From NCBI GenBank assembly GCA_947624795.1, contig CANQLY010000001.1:1-50805 (forward strand): a DNA stretch of 50,805 nt. The letters run 5' to 3'. Shown here piece by piece: positions 48,013 to 50,805 of this stretch (positions within the stretch are counted from its first letter, which is position 1; each line of letters opens with the position of its first letter). The position numbers and the translations under genes were made by a program. Source of the stretch: an uncultured Marinospirillum sp. GTDB taxonomy: Bacteria; Pseudomonadota; Gammaproteobacteria; Pseudomonadales; Halomonadaceae. The notes below the pieces were generated by a model that had not been told where the DNA came from, did not search any database, and saw only the letters and a list, made by a program, of their open reading frames with translations.

Positions 48013-49158
48013 ATGGCGCTTTCTAAAAAGAAGAAATGGGCAGTTTTTAGTTTGGTTTTATTGCTGCTAGTTGCAGCGGTGGGTGCTTGGTGGTTTTTTA
48101 GTAGTAGTGAAAGCGAACAGCGTTTGCCAACCGCCAAGGTGACACGGGGTAATTTACAAGAAAGAGTAACCGCCACCGGCACGCTTAACCCTAAAAATTA
48201 CGTGGATGTGGGCGCACAAATCTCCGGCCAGTTGGTTAACCTGCATGTGGAAGTGGGCAGCGAAGTGGAGGCTGGTCAGCTTTTGGCTGAAATAGATGCC
48301 CGTGTTTTAGAGGCTAATGTAGCGGCCAGTCGTGCCCAATTACGTGCGCAAGCGGCACAATTAAGAGACCGTAAAGCGCAGTTAAAATTAGCCGGTCAGC
48401 ATTTTGAACGTCAAAAAATGCTACGTAAAGATGAAGCCGTCACCGAAGAAACTGTGCAGCAGGCTGAAGCGAGTTTTATTTCTTCTCAAGCTCAAGTTGA
48501 GCAGCTAGAAGCACAAATTGAACAGAATCAATCTTCATTAGCTGCCGATGAAGCCAACCTAGAGTACGCTCGTATTCTTGCCCCCATTAGTGGCACGGTG
48601 GTTTCTATTAATGCACGCCAAGGACAAACGCTGAATGCGAATCAGCAAGCGCCGTTAATTTTGCAAATTGCTGACTTGTCTAAAATGCGGGTAGAAACCC
48701 AAGTCTCTGAAGCGGATATTAGCCGTTTAACTATCGGAATGCCGGTTTATTTTACAACGCTTGGCAGCCAAGGTGACCGCTGGCAGGGCAACTTGCTGCG
48801 GATAGAACCTACGCCTGTGGTTGAAAATAATGTGGTGCTTTATAACGCGCCCTTCGATGTAGAAAACCTTAAAGGTAAGTTATTACCGCAAATGACAGCG
48901 CAGGTGTTTTTTATTGTGGCAGAAGCTAAAAATGCGTTGCTAGTACCTACGGCAGCCTTGCAGCGAGAAGGTAAAAATTACCAAGCCACGATTTTGCACC
49001 CCGATGGCCGCCAAGAAGTTCGCCAAGTGAAGGTGGGGGTGAATGACCGAATTCAAGCAGAAGTGTTAGAAGGTTTAAACGAAGGTGAAGCACTTTTACT
49101 GCAAACTAGTGCAGTAGCTAAGCCGGGCGCTAACCGTATGCCGGGAATGATTCGTTAA
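48013..49158 (+). CDS. macA: Efflux periplasmic adaptor subunit
   Basis: [37 protein letters not shown]. Confidence 0.9.
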   Translation: MALSKKKKWAVFSLVLLLLVAAVGAWWFFSSSESEQRLPTAKVTRGNLQERVTATGTLNPKNYVDVGAQISGQLVNLHVEVGSEVEAGQLLAEIDARVLEANVAASRAQLRAQAAQLRDRKAQLKLAGQHFERQKMLRKDEAVTEETVQQAEASFISSQAQVEQLEAQIEQNQSSLAADEANLEYARILAPISGTVVSINARQGQTLNANQQAPLILQIADLSKMRVETQVSEADISRLTIGMPVYFTTLGSQGDRWQGNLLRIEPTPVVENNVVLYNAPFDVENLKGKLLPQMTAQVFFIVAEAKNALLVPTAALQREGKNYQATILHPDGRQEVRQVKVGVNDRIQAEVLEGLNEGEALLLQTSAVAKPGANRMPGMIR

Positions 49159-50805
49159 TGGATAAGCAGGATAAGCAAAGAACGCCTTTAATTCGGCTAG
49201 AAAAAATCACTCGTAGTTTTAGCAATGGCGACCAAACCCTGCAAGTGCTTAAAGGGATTGATTTAACCATTAGTGAAGGCGAGTTTGTTGCCATTATAGG
49301 TAGTTCGGGTTCAGGCAAAACCACGCTAATGAATTTGCTGGGTTGTTTAGATAGACCCACTTCAGGCGAATATTGGTTTCGTGGTCAAGCCGTTAGCCAG
49401 CTAACAAAAGATGAACTGGCTCACCTGCGCCGTGATGCGTTTGGTTTTGTCTTCCAAAGTTATAACCTGCTCCCGGGCACACCAGCGGTTAATAATGTGG
49501 AGTTACCAGCTATTTATGCTGGGCAGCCACCGGCTAAACGTCGAGAAAGAGCCTTAGAATTATTAGGCCGCTTAGGATTAAGTGATAGAACAGGGCATTT
49601 GCCGGGGCAGTTATCGGGCGGCCAACAGCAGCGAGTTTCCATTGCTCGTGCCTTAATGAATGGTGGGCAAATTATTTTAGCCGATGAACCCACGGGCGCT
49701 TTAGATACTAAGAGCGGCGTAGAAGTGATGCAGCTTTTAAAAGAGCTGTCGGCACAAGGCCATACCCTATTACTAATTACCCACGACCCTGAAGTAGCCG
49801 CCCATGCCGACCGTATTATTGAAATACGTGATGGTGAAATTATCAGCGATAAAAAATCGGCTAATACGCCTTCACCCAAAGCTCGTCTGCCTTTACCCAC
49901 ACCTGCCAAAGAACAGCCGCTACTGGATATTTGGGAATCGACGCAAAGCGGCTTTTACAGCGCTGCACCGTAACCTGTTTCGTACCCTATTAACCTTGCT
50001 AGGCATAGTAATAGGTGTGGCATCGGTGATTGCTATGCTGGCGATAGGTGATGGTGCTAAAAAAGAAATTGTGGACCAAATTAGCTCCTTAGGTAGCAAC
50101 TTATTATTAGTTCGCCCCGGTGCACCTAACCAAAGCGGGCGCTGGAGTATCGCCACCCTAGTGCCTGAAGATGTCGAAGCCATTAACTTGGAAGTGCCTA
50201 ATTTAATTGCCGCCATTCCAGAGCTAACCGGTAACCAAACGATTCGCTACGGTAACCGGGATAAAAGCACCAGCATGAATGCCACTTCGACCCACTTCCC
50301 TTTAGTTAGGCAATGGCCGGTTGCTGAAGGCACTTTTTTTAGTGAAGAAGACGAAGCGCTTTATGCCACGGTTGCTGTATTAGGTAAAACCGTAGCCAAA
50401 GATTTATTCGGTAAGCAATCACCCTTGGGTGAATATGTGATGGCTGGTGGCACGCTTTTGCAAGTCATCGGTGTGATGAGCGAGCGGGGCGCTTCGCCTA
50501 TGGGGCAAGACCAAGACGATGTGGTGCTTTTGCCTTATAGCACCGGCAGCTTGCGTATTTTTGGGCAGCGGTTTTTGCGTAACGTAACGGTAGCAGTAGA
50601 CGATGTAAGCCAGATGGATGCGACCCAAGATAGAATTTTTGAATTAATGCTAGCAAGGCATGGCACGGAAGATTTCCAGATTCGTAATATGGCTTCGTTG
50701 ATTGATAGCGTAACGGCGACTCAAGATACTTTTACGCTTTTATTGGGTTCGGTAGCGGCCATTTCGTTATTGGTTGGTGGCGTGGGCGTGATGAATATTA
50801 TGCTG
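49158..50805 (+). CDS. macB: MacB ABC efflux ATPase/permease; frameshift near 49938-49945; truncated by the window edge
   Basis: [17 protein letters not shown] and ADEPTGALD in the first frame. The +1 frame continues [28 protein letters not shown]...[15 protein letters not shown] without a stop to the window end. Confidence 0.9.

Overview
Chromosomal window from a gammaproteobacterium; an Oceanospirillales-like host is my impression only. Positions 1-3676 are the right end of a P4/PICI-like integrated element at the 3' end of tRNA-Leu(CAA). It carries a DUF927 helicase gene (open past the left edge) bracketed by inverted 90-bp iteron modules, a DUF5681 TerS-like gene, and three translationally coupled micro-ORFs; two are missing from the ORF track and all begin with the same R-L-A-[KR]-L-E coiled-coil motif. 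The rest is mostly core or accessory host DNA. In order: a GGDEF sensor, nnrS, mnmC, EamA, queA-tgt-yajC-secDF, an ABC importer and a type II R-M pair with a LexA-like box in the methylase promoter. Then fabI between two outer-membrane protein genes, an unannotated hemP divergent from a Fur-boxed PepSY-TM/DUF2271/DUF4198/fpvJKCDEF-like operon, GST, an MCP and nemR-yqhD with two operators. Finally recCBD, a frameshifted PACE exporter with a structured leader, DUF503, a YebC-family gene, a methyltransferase and macA-macB (frameshifted, truncated by the right edge). All family assignments are by eye from motifs; no searches were run.
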